Virus record (IMG/VR): IMGVR_UViG_3300025483_001155 | Direction: 5' to 3' (one strand) | Length of the DNA: 64,000 nucleotides | DNA from: an uncultured virus (IMG/VR IMGVR_UViG_3300025483_001155) | Lineage: Duplodnaviria; Heunggongvirae; Uroviricota; Caudoviricetes | Shown here: one piece after another, positions 9,635 to 20,032 of the stretch | How positions within the stretch are numbered: position 1 is the stretch's first letter | Layout: every line of letters begins with the position of its first letter | Program-made: the position numbers and the translations under genes | The notes under the pieces: generated by a model | What the model was told of the DNA's origin: nothing | Seen by the model: only the letters and a program-made list of their open reading frames with translations | The model's database searches: none

Positions 9635-10284
9635 AGATCAATGAAATCATTGTAGAGTCTAAAGAGATTCGTACTCAAAAGCGTAACGATGGATTTACCA
9701 TTGATTTATATGACGGCGGCAAGCATGTTGGACAATATACACATGCACGTGAAGATGATATTGTTCGAAATCAAGCAGAGATTTTTCCCGAGTATCGTAA
9801 CAAAGGTTACGGCACAATGCTATTACTTGCCGCAATAAAAACAGCGGATGATTTAGGACTAGACTTTGAAGAAGATACACAAAGTCTAACACCTGCAATG
9901 AGTAGAATATATGACGAACTAGATGATAGTGGAATGATTTATGGCGGCAAAGGAGCATGGGCTATTAGTCCAAGTGGCGAAGTTGAACTTGAAGATTTTT
10001 TAAACGAAGACTTACGTGCTTGGTTCGGCAAAGGTAAAAAGGGCGGTGCAGGCGGAGGTGGCTGGGACCGTTACAATACCAAAGGCGACCGTATTGGCAA
10101 ATGTGGCGATGCAAAAGATGGCGAAGGTAAGCCCAAGTGTCTATCTAAATCACGTGCAGCATCTCTACGTTCAAGTGGTGGCAAAAAAGCAATTGCTAAT
10201 GCAGTGAAACGTAAAAAAGCAAATGATCCTAATCCTGATCGTAGGGGTAAGGCAAAAAATGTAAACAATAGTCCAAAGAAATAA
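9631..10284 (+). CDS. GNAT acetyltransferase domain fused to basic Gly/Lys-rich phage domain
   Basis: Start MKINEII at ATG 9631 (ATGA overlap); IFPEYRNKGYG acetyl-CoA motif; EDLRAWFGKG..KPKCLS module. Confidence 0.7.
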   Translation: MKINEIIVESKEIRTQKRNDGFTIDLYDGGKHVGQYTHAREDDIVRNQAEIFPEYRNKGYGTMLLLAAIKTADDLGLDFEEDTQSLTPAMSRIYDELDDSGMIYGGKGAWAISPSGEVELEDFLNEDLRAWFGKGKKGGAGGGGWDRYNTKGDRIGKCGDAKDGEGKPKCLSKSRAASLRSSGGKKAIANAVKRKKANDPNPDRRGKAKNVNNSPKK

Positions 10285-10293
10285 GGATTTAAA

Positions 10294-10491
10294 ATGGCAC
10301 ACTTGATAGTAACAACAGATTATTCAGTTACATACTGTAATAACTGTGGTGCTGGCTCACATTGTGGTACTAGCAAGTATACACAGTTTAAAGATTATAA
10401 GTGCGATGGTGGAGAATTAAGAGAAGTAATTACATGTAGTCATTGTAATTGTAAAAAGTGCAAAGGCAACCATATACGAAAAAAGGTATAA
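10294..10491 (+). CDS. Small Cys-rich zinc-binding protein
   Basis: CNNCG..HC..CSHCNCKKC; AAGGA SD. Confidence 0.65.
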   Translation: MAHLIVTTDYSVTYCNNCGAGSHCGTSKYTQFKDYKCDGGELREVITCSHCNCKKCKGNHIRKKV

Positions 10492-10613
10492 AATTATGTA
10501 TGATTCAAAGTTTGTAAACGATTATGTTTTTTATTTAAAATTACACGAACAATTACGAATGTCAACTAATGACAGAAATAAATTTTGGTCAACATATATG
10601 AAGGATAACGAAA

Positions 10614-11012
10614 ATGAAAATAAATGATATTTTGAATGAGCAACTAAGTGACATTATTGAAGAAATTACACTTGAAGAAACACAAGATTTTCATGAAGAA
10701 TTTGGATATCTTGGCTATAGTGAAGACGATAGTGATTTATTTGAAGCGGAATATCAAGGACGTACTGTTAAACTAAACAAACCTATGCGTGGGGATGTTA
10801 AAAAGTTTAAAGTATATGTTAAGAATGATAAAGGCAACGTAATCAAAGTTAACTTTGGACACGGTGGCACAAGTGCTAAGTCTAAAGGTGAAAAAACTAT
10901 GAAAATTCGTAAGTCTAATCCTAAAGCACGTAAGAGCTTCCGTGCAAGACATAATTGTGATAATCCGGGACCAAAGACTAAGGCTCGTTACTGGAGTTGC
11001 CGGGCCTGGTAA
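10614..11012 (+). CDS. Conserved basic phage protein (T4-like marine phage family)
   Basis: EAEYQGRTVKLNKP..KKFKVYV..RKSFRARHNC..ARYWSCRAW. Confidence 0.75.
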   Translation: MKINDILNEQLSDIIEEITLEETQDFHEEFGYLGYSEDDSDLFEAEYQGRTVKLNKPMRGDVKKFKVYVKNDKGNVIKVNFGHGGTSAKSKGEKTMKIRKSNPKARKSFRARHNCDNPGPKTKARYWSCRAW

Positions 11013-11034
11013 TACAAGGAAGTAGAGGAATAAC

Positions 11035-11223
11035 ATGTGGATTTTATTATGGATTGCGTTAATACCTAACTCACAAAAAATGGTAACATACCATATCGGC
11101 ACATTCGCTACCGAGAGCAATTGTGCCGAAGCATTCAGTGATGCAGTTGTGTTGGTATCTGATAAAAATCAAACACTAGATTGTATCTGGATAGATCCCA
11201 GTATTAAACCAAACAAGAACTAA
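11035..11223 (+). CDS. Small exported/membrane protein
   Basis: Hydrophobic N-terminus, two Cys; GAGGA SD. Confidence 0.55.
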   Translation: MWILLWIALIPNSQKMVTYHIGTFATESNCAEAFSDAVVLVSDKNQTLDCIWIDPSIKPNKN

Positions 11224-12044
11224 AGACCCATTGCTTTCTGTGTGTTTACACCAACAATACCATCTGCAACTAAACCGTTATTGCGTTGCCAGTCCATAAC
11301 TGTGCGTTCAGTTCCGGATCCAAAAATACCATCAGCACTTTGGCCCAGTACTTTTTGCATTGCAGCAACATCACTTCCGCGGTCACCTTTACGCAATGTT
11401 CGTTTCTTTGGTGTATAGTGTCCGCCTAGAACTTCCAATGCGTGTTCCCAATGTTTAGTTCTATCTTCTAGCCCAATGGTTCCACCATTAATACGCTTGG
11501 TCATTGTAAGAATATCTTGGTCATCACAATATCGATTAATTTTATTGGTATCCCAGAACCAACAAGCACTTGCTAAAGCACCAATTGGAGTACGAACAAA
11601 GTCAGTTGCATCGTCTGCACTCATATCTTCTGCTTTACCAAATTGTGTATAATTGTGTCGTCCAGTTAATTGTAGAATACCACCACCTCTAAAGCGCCAT
11701 CCATCACCACTTTCAATGTCACCATTATCCATACGGTTTGCATAGATTACATTTGCAATCTTTTCTGGCTGACGATGATAATCATCTGCATTTCTACCAG
11801 CGCGTTCAAAATACTTTGGGAAAATTGAATTTAATGCTTTTGCACTGTAGTTTAGATTTTCAGTCAACACTGTATAACCAGCACTTTCGTGTCCAGTTTG
11901 TGCGATAAACCCTGCTACTCTATTTTCTGTATCAATATCCCACCTGGGTAATACACGCTCCATTGCATCAAACCATTCACCCGCATCAATACGTGGTAAT
12001 AATTCAGCAACGTGGTCTACTGTGAAGTCAAACTTGAATCCCAT
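11220..12044 (-). CDS. Endolysin: GH19 catalytic domain plus C-terminal peptidoglycan-binding domain
   Basis: FIAQTGHES, ENLNYS, GDGWRFRGGGILQLTGR, RINGG; LRKGDRG..ADGIFG..ADGIVG. Confidence 0.92.
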   Translation of the reverse strand: MGFKFDFTVDHVAELLPRIDAGEWFDAMERVLPRWDIDTENRVAGFIAQTGHESAGYTVLTENLNYSAKALNSIFPKYFERAGRNADDYHRQPEKIANVIYANRMDNGDIESGDGWRFRGGGILQLTGRHNYTQFGKAEDMSADDATDFVRTPIGALASACWFWDTNKINRYCDDQDILTMTKRINGGTIGLEDRTKHWEHALEVLGGHYTPKKRTLRKGDRGSDVAAMQKVLGQSADGIFGSGTERTVMDWQRNNGLVADGIVGVNTQKAMGL

Positions 12045-12047
12045 AAT

Positions 12048-12470
12048 TTATTCCTCCAATTTTACGGATCCATTCTCAATGAGAATTTCTCTATTTGCTA
12101 GATGAGCCTCTGCTATGTCTTCTTTTGATTGTCCATGATATGGCACCGCATAATGACTATCAATCATTATTTTTGTAAACATTACACCATCAATATCAAA
12201 ATCACCTAAGATACGACCAAACTTACCAGTCTTATCTTTTGTTGTAATGATAATTTGTGTTGATCCCACTGGCATCAATTCTTTAACACGTTCTTTGGCA
12301 GCAAGCCCAAATTTTTTCTCTATTAGATCACGGGTTCGTGATTCAGGAGTATCCATTCCCATAATACGAACACGTTCTTTGTGTAACCATACACCGAAAC
12401 CTAGATCAATATCTACGTCAACTGTGTCACCATCTACGACACGAAGTATTTTACATCTGTATCTATACAT
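12048..12470 (-). CDS. Thermonuclease (SNase-like)
   Basis: RVVDGDTV, RIMGMDTPE, KFGRILG. Confidence 0.9.
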   Translation of the reverse strand: MYRYRCKILRVVDGDTVDVDIDLGFGVWLHKERVRIMGMDTPESRTRDLIEKKFGLAAKERVKELMPVGSTQIIITTKDKTGKFGRILGDFDIDGVMFTKIMIDSHYAVPYHGQSKEDIAEAHLANREILIENGSVKLEE

Positions 12471-12791
12471 CTACCAAAACTTCATTTTTTTAGCAATGTT
12501 CTTTGCTGAAGCAACAGTTTTATTATATGCAGGACCCAATGACCCAGGTGTATTTCCACCAATCTTGTGTGCTGCTTTTGTGGCTTCTTTTGCAATTGCT
12601 GTTGCTTGTTTTTTAGCATCTTTAACGCCAGCATCTGCGGCGACTTTAGCAGCGGAGGCCGCCTCTGTTGCAAGTTTTTCATTTAGTTTTGCCGATTTTT
12701 TTGCGGCTGATGCAGCTTCTGCCGCTGCCTTTTCAGCAGACTTCATTGCCGCATTCATTTTCTTATCCCAATCTTTTGGCATTTGTGACAT
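12471..12791 (-). CDS. Ala/Lys-rich helical protein
   Basis: Low-complexity AAK repeats, ends KKMKFW; GAGGAG SD. Confidence 0.7.
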   Translation of the reverse strand: MSQMPKDWDKKMNAAMKSAEKAAAEAASAAKKSAKLNEKLATEAASAAKVAADAGVKDAKKQATAIAKEATKAAHKIGGNTPGSLGPAYNKTVASAKNIAKKMKFW

Positions 12792-12793
12792 TA

Positions 12794-13378
12794 TTAATTC
12801 TCCTCTGGTTGTTTAATTTTAAAGTTCATACTAATAACAATCCTATTTTCATTAGTATGATTTTTAGTAACAAAATGACTCAATGTACTGTCAAACATTA
12901 CAAATTTATTTGGTTCAGCCTTAACTGTAGTTTGCTCAGTTATATACGGATTTTGTTTGTATTGAAATACTAAATCGCCACTCTTTGGTGGAACTTGCAC
13001 ATAATATGCTGCACTCACATGTGCACCGTTAATATAATTGTTTTCTGTTTCGTGTGTGTGCAAGTTAGTAGACTCATTCTTTCCATGAACTACTGCCCAA
13101 AATGCAGTATTCGGATCTTCTTTGCTACTCGTATTCCAACATAATTCAATCTCAGTTCCAAATGCATTAAACCATTCTTGTTCCAGACTCGCTGCAATTC
13201 TTTGTACTTGGGAATCAAATTTAATTCTAACATCTTCTTTACGAATATCATCATCTCCATCTGCCATGAATTTATTATTATAATAATTATTCATTATCAT
13301 AGCAGAAAGTCCTAGTAGGTCTTCATTAAGAAATCCTACTAGGTACTCTTGTTTGAAAAGGGTTATCTTTTCAGACAT
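12794..13378 (-). CDS. 2OG-Fe(II) oxygenase-like protein
   Basis: HTH(E), VSAAYYVQVP, FDSTLSHFV, RIVISMN. Confidence 0.8.
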   Translation of the reverse strand: MSEKITLFKQEYLVGFLNEDLLGLSAMIMNNYYNNKFMADGDDDIRKEDVRIKFDSQVQRIAASLEQEWFNAFGTEIELCWNTSSKEDPNTAFWAVVHGKNESTNLHTHETENNYINGAHVSAAYYVQVPPKSGDLVFQYKQNPYITEQTTVKAEPNKFVMFDSTLSHFVTKNHTNENRIVISMNFKIKQPEEN

Positions 13379-13384
13379 GATATA

Positions 13385-15142
13385 TTATCTAGTACCATTT
13401 GGCAATAAAGAATAGTCAACCTGATAGAAACCATTTTCATGTAATGTAACTGCATTGGCATACTTTGTTTCAAGTAATTCTTGTGCCATTACACCCTTTT
13501 GTTTTACACTATCGCCAACATAGTTGTAAGTATAAACACTCAACCCGTCAACTGTGTTAACTAATTTCACATTTTCTTTAAGACGAACATCACTAAAAAA
13601 TTTCTTAACTGCTTTTCCAGTATCTTTCGCGGCTTTCTTAGACCAATTCGCAGCATCATTCGCTGCTTTTTCTGCGGCCTTAGCTGCTGCATTCGCCGCA
13701 TCAGTAATTGCCTGTGATGCTGAATTGATTGCATCATTGCAACTATTAATTGCATCATTGCAACCTTTAATTGCTGTGTTCGCACCATTTAGCATATTTT
13801 GTGCACTGAATGTTTTTTCTGTCCAGTTAGCAACATCATTAGCGGTATCTGTAATGGCTTTGCCCGCATCTTCAATTGCTTGACCAGTTTGATTGACAGC
13901 GGTCTGTGCGCTTTTATATGTTTGTTCAGCCTGTTTTGCAACATCGTTTGCAACTTTTTCAGCATCTTTTGCTGCTTTAATTGCTTCGTCTTGTGCCTTG
14001 TCAATGCCGTCAGTAACATGATCTAGTGCATCGTCAATAGTTCCACCTGCGTCAAGTATCGCTTGTGCACCATCAACTAATGGACCAATATCAATATCAA
14101 CATCAACATCAACATCCAAACCAACTAGTAATGCGGCTTTGCCATCAATGCCAAAACTAATAGTATCATCTTCGTATGTTGCGTGTGCCGAACCTTGTAC
14201 TCCAATTTGAGCACCAATTGATACTTCTGTTTCGCCACTTACTGTAGCGCCACCAAGATGTGCTTCTCCGCTTGCACCAGCGCCTACACTTGCACCTGCG
14301 ATTGCACCTGCTTCAACTGATGCGCCATGTTCACCAATACTTGCACTCGCTCCAGCTTCTGCATATGCCTCTGCATGCACGTTAGCCTCACCAGAGGCGC
14401 CTGCATCAACCGAAATGTCACCCAATGGGGTATCTAAACCAACTTCGGCATCTACAGAACCAGAAGCACCTGCTTCCGCTCTTGCACTTGCTCCTACATT
14501 TGCGGCTGCAGATGCATCACTGCCATCCCATCCACCACTGGCATTTGCGTGTGCTTCTGCTTCAGCACTTGCGTGTGCCTCTGCTTCGCCTTCAGCGCCT
14601 GCGTGTGCTGTTCCAATTGGGCCCAAGTCCTGTTCTGCATGTGTTTCGCCACTTGCACTCGCACTGGCTTCTGCACTTGCATGTGCTTCTGCGCCCGCAG
14701 CAAAGGAACTCCCATCTGATTCAAAACCTGCACTTGCGCCTGCTTCTGCACTTGCACTTGCACCTGCTTTACCGCTGGCGCCTGCCTGTTCGTTTCCCAC
14801 AGAACCCTCAGTTTCAACTTCAACTCCTGCTGCCACCTTAACATGGTACTGTGGTTGTGAAACTTTCACAACTGCTGCTTGTGCAGTTGCAACTGCTGCC
14901 GCCGCTGCATTGTAATCTGCTTCTGCCTTTTCAGCCGCCGCTTCCGCTTCCGCGTGTTCCGCTTCCGCTTTGTCGTGTGCTGCTTGTGCATCAGCGTGAG
15001 CCTTTTCAGCCGCAGATTTTTGCGCTTCGGCCTCTGCTTTTTCTTTCTGGGCTCGGTCTTTATCTGCCTGTGCTTGTTGTTTCTTTTTTTGCTGTGCTGC
15101 TTTTTCTTGCTCTGCACGTTTTTTATCGTCTTCTGCACTCAT
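13385..15142 (-). CDS. Coiled-coil / Gly-Ala-rich protein with C-terminal peptidase S74 (intramolecular chaperone) domain
   Basis: SDVRLKENV..Y.YNY..GVMAQEL..VDYSLL at C-terminus. Confidence 0.8.
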   Translation of the reverse strand: MSAEDDKKRAEQEKAAQQKKKQQAQADKDRAQKEKAEAEAQKSAAEKAHADAQAAHDKAEAEHAEAEAAAEKAEADYNAAAAAVATAQAAVVKVSQPQYHVKVAAGVEVETEGSVGNEQAGASGKAGASASAEAGASAGFESDGSSFAAGAEAHASAEASASASGETHAEQDLGPIGTAHAGAEGEAEAHASAEAEAHANASGGWDGSDASAAANVGASARAEAGASGSVDAEVGLDTPLGDISVDAGASGEANVHAEAYAEAGASASIGEHGASVEAGAIAGASVGAGASGEAHLGGATVSGETEVSIGAQIGVQGSAHATYEDDTISFGIDGKAALLVGLDVDVDVDIDIGPLVDGAQAILDAGGTIDDALDHVTDGIDKAQDEAIKAAKDAEKVANDVAKQAEQTYKSAQTAVNQTGQAIEDAGKAITDTANDVANWTEKTFSAQNMLNGANTAIKGCNDAINSCNDAINSASQAITDAANAAAKAAEKAANDAANWSKKAAKDTGKAVKKFFSDVRLKENVKLVNTVDGLSVYTYNYVGDSVKQKGVMAQELLETKYANAVTLHENGFYQVDYSLLPNGTR

Positions 15143-15166
15143 TTTATTATTAGTCCTTACGTATTA

Positions 15167-15517
15167 TTAATACCTACTAGAAGTATCTTTACTATCTGTA
15201 GATTTTTGTTTAATTGTATTTCCTGAACTTGCAAATGCACTGCCGGTTAATAATGCACCGAACGCTAAATGAAACATCCCACCACCCATTAATGTAAAGG
15301 GTTCGTGTTCTGCCCATATAGACTGAAGTAGTTGTATTTGAACTTGTACATCCAAACTAGTAAAAGCAGTTGCACTTGTATCAATCATTATAGATTTTCG
15401 AGTTGTACCGATCCAAGTTGGAACAATAATAAAATCAAATATGCAAATCAATGCATAAATGATTGCTAGTAGGCTTTTCCACCCATCTTGATTATGTATA
15501 TAATTAAAAAATTTCAC
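15167..15517 (-). CDS. Putative holin-like membrane protein
   Basis: Two TM segments IYALICIFDFIIVP and PFTLMGGGMFHLAFGALL, resembling 3TM/GTA-type holins; heads operon ending in endolysin. Confidence 0.5.
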   Translation of the reverse strand: MKFFNYIHNQDGWKSLLAIIYALICIFDFIIVPTWIGTTRKSIMIDTSATAFTSLDVQVQIQLLQSIWAEHEPFTLMGGGMFHLAFGALLTGSAFASSGNTIKQKSTDSKDTSSRY

Positions 15518-15726
15518 TTATAACTTCCGTCTAGGTTATGTGTAGCAGAATTACAAATTGCCCACTCGACACAATTATGCCACATATATCCATTTTTTCT
15601 TAGTTTTCTATACCACAGTCTGTATAGTTTAATACGATTTTTTAATCTAATAAACACTTTATTTTCTATCTTTTAAATGTTAAAATATAATAAGATTATA
15701 TCACAATAAAAGGAACGTGTCAACCA

Positions 15727-16701
15727 CTATTTTTTCCATTCACCTAGTAAATTGTCGTCTTTTAAATATTGAAGTCTCTCATTCCATTTTACTTCTTCGC
15801 CATTCTTTATAATAGCATCAATATTTTCAATATAAGAATCCATAAAGTGATCCGGTAATTCTTTGCCCATTTCATAAAATGAGAAACTTTCTCTTGCAGC
15901 AAATAGCCAAAAACTATTCACACCAAAATTTAAACTATCAGGCTCTTCTAGGTAACAATACTTCCCATCTTCTAATAGTTTAATTAGTTCACCGGTATGT
16001 GCATATCTATTCATATGTGTACCTGCTGGTGGGACTAGAGGAACAACATCTGTTTCATTTACCACACGTGTAAGTTTAATCTTGCCGCGCATTTTGCGAA
16101 TACCGTGTGATGATGTGACTTTAGGTTGTCCAAAATTGATACATTCCGCTACATTGTGACCTGAGTAATCTAAATACCAACTAACAATTAATGCTTCCGC
16201 TGCACCCAAACTATGACCAGTTACATATGTTGTCCATGTTTTATCTAGTCGTGAAATTAAATCATCTGCAATCATTTCTGCAGTGTTATGAAATCCTTTA
16301 TGCAGTTCTATACCAAGTCTAAAACTTTTGCTACGTAAGAAATTTATGTCTTGCATGGCATTATGTGAATTGCACGTACCACGAATAGAAATGTATTGTT
16401 TTTTATTCAATTCATCAAGTAATACTATATATTTAATATCATTGATTTCATTTATATATATTTTATATCCAGCATATAAGTTTCTTATGACATCATTATC
16501 TTTTTTATATGAGGCTCTAGCAAAATTAGCAAACCAACGTATATTATTCCAATCAACTACATGAGATTTTGTAAAACTTTGTTTGAATTTATCCTCAAGT
16601 GAATAACGTTTAATCATCCACTTCCGAACTCTATTTGCAATTTTAGATATTATCCATCCTTGCACGACCCATCTAATCATATATGATATTATAAAACTCA
16701 T
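15727..16701 (-). CDS. Lipase class 3 family protein
   Basis: ISIRGT, HKGF, TGHSLGAA, FGQPKV, RVVNETDVVPLVPP. Confidence 0.88.
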   Translation of the reverse strand: MSFIISYMIRWVVQGWIISKIANRVRKWMIKRYSLEDKFKQSFTKSHVVDWNNIRWFANFARASYKKDNDVIRNLYAGYKIYINEINDIKYIVLLDELNKKQYISIRGTCNSHNAMQDINFLRSKSFRLGIELHKGFHNTAEMIADDLISRLDKTWTTYVTGHSLGAAEALIVSWYLDYSGHNVAECINFGQPKVTSSHGIRKMRGKIKLTRVVNETDVVPLVPPAGTHMNRYAHTGELIKLLEDGKYCYLEEPDSLNFGVNSFWLFAARESFSFYEMGKELPDHFMDSYIENIDAIIKNGEEVKWNERLQYLKDDNLLGEWKK

Positions 16702-16734
16702 TACATTCTCCTGTACTGAGTCTATTTATGAAGT

Positions 16735-18141
16735 TTAGTATTTCATATTTTCATCAATGGGTTTAGTTTCAGTTGAGGATTGAACCATTCCCAAAAGTGT
16801 TCTAACACCAAAACCTACTGCCCCAGAAGGTGTAATATCATTACCACTTTCAGTCCATGCCATACCAGCAATATCTAAATGTGCCCAATTACGATTATTG
16901 TCTACAAAACGATATAAAAACTCTGCTGCTGTGGTCGAGCCGCCGCCCTTACCGCCAATGTTTTTCATATCTGCAATTTTTGAATCAATCATTTTGTTCC
17001 AGTTTTTACCCATTGGCATCCTCCAAAAACCTTCACCTGATAACTCACCACGATCAATAATATCATTTCCGAACTCTGTAGAATTTGTGAATAGCCCTGC
17101 CATTTCGTGTCCCAGAGATACAATAATTGCACCAGTTAATGTTGCTAGATCAATGATACGGTTTGGATCATATTCGGATTGTACATAAGTCAAAATATCT
17201 GCTAAAACTAAACGACCTTCTGCATCCGTATTCAAGTTTTCTACAGTTTGACCACTTAATGATGTGACAATATCACCGGGCTTAATAGCATTACCATCGG
17301 GCATATTTTCAACCAATCCCACAATACCAACTACATTAGTTTGTACATTTTGTTCAGCAATTGCATGCATTGCACCTACAACCGCTGCACTGCCTCCCAT
17401 ATCAAACTTCATATCTCCCATTCCAGCACTTGGTTTAATGGAGATACCACCCGTATCGAATGTAACTCCCTTGCCCACTAATGCAATTGGTTGTTCATCT
17501 GTGCCATTCATCCACTCCATTACGACTACATATGAATCTCTACGTGATCCTTGCCCAACACTCAATAGCAAATCGAAGCCCATATTTTCTAATTGTGATT
17601 GATGAAACACTCTAACATTAACACCCAATGGCGTTAACACTTGATTTATACGATGTGCATATGTTGCAGGATATAAAACATTGCCCGGTTCAGATACAAG
17701 GTCACGTGCGAATGCAATACTGTTATGAATTGATACCTCACGAACTGCATCGATATGGACTGTTAATTTATTATCATCTTTCTTAGATTTATATTTCTCA
17801 AAATTGTATAATGCTAATTGAGATCCTTCAAAAATAGATTCATTAAAATCATTATTGATTTCAAAGTAAAGATTATCAACATTACCCTTATACTGTGTTG
17901 CTAGTTTGCCACCAAAGTTGCGCCATTCATTTGGGGTTTGTGCATTTGTTTTTATTACAGTAATCGAATCAACATTAATTTTAGATGGGAATGATATTGT
18001 GACTTCCCCAGTATCTTTTGTTGCTAAAGATTTTAGTCCGCACACGCTAGATACGGAGCCGCCCGATTTTTTATCAAGTGCTTTATATTCTTTGGAATCA
18101 TATAATACTACAATTGCGGAGTTAGGTTCGTAGGAACTCAT
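16735..18141 (-). CDS. pepA: Leucyl aminopeptidase (M17)
   Basis: GKGVTFDTGG, MKFDMGG, NTDAEGRL, DLATLTGA, AHLDIAG. Confidence 0.96.
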   Translation of the reverse strand: MSSYEPNSAIVVLYDSKEYKALDKKSGGSVSSVCGLKSLATKDTGEVTISFPSKINVDSITVIKTNAQTPNEWRNFGGKLATQYKGNVDNLYFEINNDFNESIFEGSQLALYNFEKYKSKKDDNKLTVHIDAVREVSIHNSIAFARDLVSEPGNVLYPATYAHRINQVLTPLGVNVRVFHQSQLENMGFDLLLSVGQGSRRDSYVVVMEWMNGTDEQPIALVGKGVTFDTGGISIKPSAGMGDMKFDMGGSAAVVGAMHAIAEQNVQTNVVGIVGLVENMPDGNAIKPGDIVTSLSGQTVENLNTDAEGRLVLADILTYVQSEYDPNRIIDLATLTGAIIVSLGHEMAGLFTNSTEFGNDIIDRGELSGEGFWRMPMGKNWNKMIDSKIADMKNIGGKGGGSTTAAEFLYRFVDNNRNWAHLDIAGMAWTESGNDITPSGAVGFGVRTLLGMVQSSTETKPIDENMKY

Positions 18142-18581
18142 TATTTAAATCCTCTTTCTTTCATTAATTCTTTGTGTTTTTCTATGTATTCATCTTTAAA
18201 TTTTGGATGTTGTGCATAATAATTTGCACCTTTGCCACCAGTATGTGCAAGTCTTACACTGCCAGGAAAACCATCAACATCATTCTTATGTCTCGGGATA
18301 AAATGAATATGAGGCCACATAACTGTTTGTCCTGCTTCTTCGCCCATATTCATACCAAAGTGGTAAGCATCAATCTCACCGTTACTTCTAAGTTTATTCC
18401 CATACTCTAGTGTTGCTTCTAATGTAAGTGTGATAAATTTTATATTATTTTGTTTAGGAATAAACAGTAAATGTCCATCACACACTGGCCATTTGTCTTC
18501 ATAAATTGCATAGTAATATCCATTATGAATTTTTAGATGTTCTGATTGTTCAAACGGGGTGTCTTCAAATTTTTTAATCAT
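18141..18581 (-). CDS. HIT family hydrolase
   Basis: GHLLFIPK, GEEAGQTVMWPHIHFIPR; likely start MIKKF at 18581. Confidence 0.85.
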   Translation of the reverse strand: MIKKFEDTPFEQSEHLKIHNGYYYAIYEDKWPVCDGHLLFIPKQNNIKFITLTLEATLEYGNKLRSNGEIDAYHFGMNMGEEAGQTVMWPHIHFIPRHKNDVDGFPGSVRLAHTGGKGANYYAQHPKFKDEYIEKHKELMKERGFK

Positions 18582-19290
18582 GCCAAGCATCCAATATTGG
18601 TAATAAATGTGAAACAACTGTCGCTGATTTTTTTGAACTTTCATCTACAAATGTATCAAAATCTGTGTGTGAATCGTTGCCTGCAAGATCACTTAATACT
18701 CTGACAACAATAAATGGCACATTACATTGACAACACACTTGTGCCAATGCAGCGCCTTCCATTTCTATAGCATCAGCATTAAATTGAATATGAAACATTT
18801 CTCTGGTCTGCGAACAACTAAGATATGTATCACCTGTGATTATTGTTCCAAATTTTACATCGTTGCCCAAATGAGATTGTAAATAGTTTTGCATTTCACT
18901 ACTCATTTCAAATGAGATTGGATCAGTTGTATCCTCTAGTGCTGGAAAACTTCCTGGCAAACTAGAGTATACTTCTCCGTTTACGATAGCACCATAATCA
19001 TGTTGAATCAGTTTGTCAGCAATTATAACATCGCCAATATTTAAGTTTGGATTTAAGCCGCCAGCAACTCCACTGAATACAATACCCAAACATCCAAAGT
19101 GTGAAATTAATATTGTTGTTGTGACTGCTGCATTTACTTTTCCAATACCACACTCCGCAGCAATAACATTGATCCCATTAATCTTACCAATTTGAAATTT
19201 CTTTTTCATAACTGTTTCAGTTATCGGAGCATCATCCCATTTAATTTTTGAATACTCTTCTGGAATAGCGGAAATCATTCCAACTGTCAT
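18574..19290 (-). CDS. mtnN: 5'-methylthioadenosine/S-adenosylhomocysteine nucleosidase
   Basis: GIGKVNAA, GVAGG, QHD, TGD, EMEGAA, RVLSD. Confidence 0.92.
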   Translation of the reverse strand: MTVGMISAIPEEYSKIKWDDAPITETVMKKKFQIGKINGINVIAAECGIGKVNAAVTTTILISHFGCLGIVFSGVAGGLNPNLNIGDVIIADKLIQHDYGAIVNGEVYSSLPGSFPALEDTTDPISFEMSSEMQNYLQSHLGNDVKFGTIITGDTYLSCSQTREMFHIQFNADAIEMEGAALAQVCCQCNVPFIVVRVLSDLAGNDSHTDFDTFVDESSKKSATVVSHLLPILDAWHD

Positions 19291-19293
19291 TAA

Positions 19294-20028
19294 TTAATCC
19301 TCTTCAACATTATATTCTAGTCTATAACTTATTGCTAAGTGACCTTGTATACTTCTATCTGTGTTTTTATTATATACTATTACATCAGAAATGTCAACAT
19401 CTATATTACTTACTAACTTATCCAAATTTGATGGTGGTTGGTCTGGTACAAACCAAGTATTATATTCATCTAAATACGATTCATAATTATACTTCCGTAG
19501 AATAAATGAAGTCGTTTCATCTTGTGGTGATCCAGGGATAGTATGAAAGTCACCAACAATAATAGTAGGCCTATCTTTATATAGATTTAATAAAAACTCA
19601 ATATCAGACTTTCTGTCTAAATCATTAATAAGTGTTGAATTAACATCACTAGTATCTTGTGGATAACAGGGCAAAAACGTAATGATATTTACACCGTCAA
19701 GTTGCGCTCTTAATGCAGTGCACCCTTGAGACTTATCATTTTCACCAATTTTTGTCACCTTTTCATAAGATGGTAATATAATACTTTTCATCTTTGAAAA
19801 TGGATGACCTGCATGATTTTTTCCCATTGCAACACATAAATTACCTACGCCAGGAGTAGATTCCAAAAAGAATAATCTGCATCCTATTATGGATTCTATC
19901 TCTTTTTTTGCTTCCATTGGTACACGTTGTAATAGGAATACGTCTACATCTTTGGCTGCATTTCGGAAATATTCTATTCCCCACTTCATGCCATCCATAT
20001 TATATTGCAATACTCTAATACTAGGCAT
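19294..20028 (-). CDS. Endonuclease/exonuclease/phosphatase-fold protein (divergent)
   Basis: RVLQYN, DVFLLQ, IIVGDF, LD, GHLAI; several catalytic residues atypical. Confidence 0.65.
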   Translation of the reverse strand: MPSIRVLQYNMDGMKWGIEYFRNAAKDVDVFLLQRVPMEAKKEIESIIGCRLFFLESTPGVGNLCVAMGKNHAGHPFSKMKSIILPSYEKVTKIGENDKSQGCTALRAQLDGVNIITFLPCYPQDTSDVNSTLINDLDRKSDIEFLLNLYKDRPTIIVGDFHTIPGSPQDETTSFILRKYNYESYLDEYNTWFVPDQPPSNLDKLVSNIDVDISDVIVYNKNTDRSIQGHLAISYRLEYNVEED

Positions 20029-20032
20029 TGAA

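Noticed and set aside
13554..15226. Many overlapping ORFs on both strands
   Set aside because: Shadow frames of the Ala/Gly-rich 585-aa gene (GCA/GCT codons give few stops)
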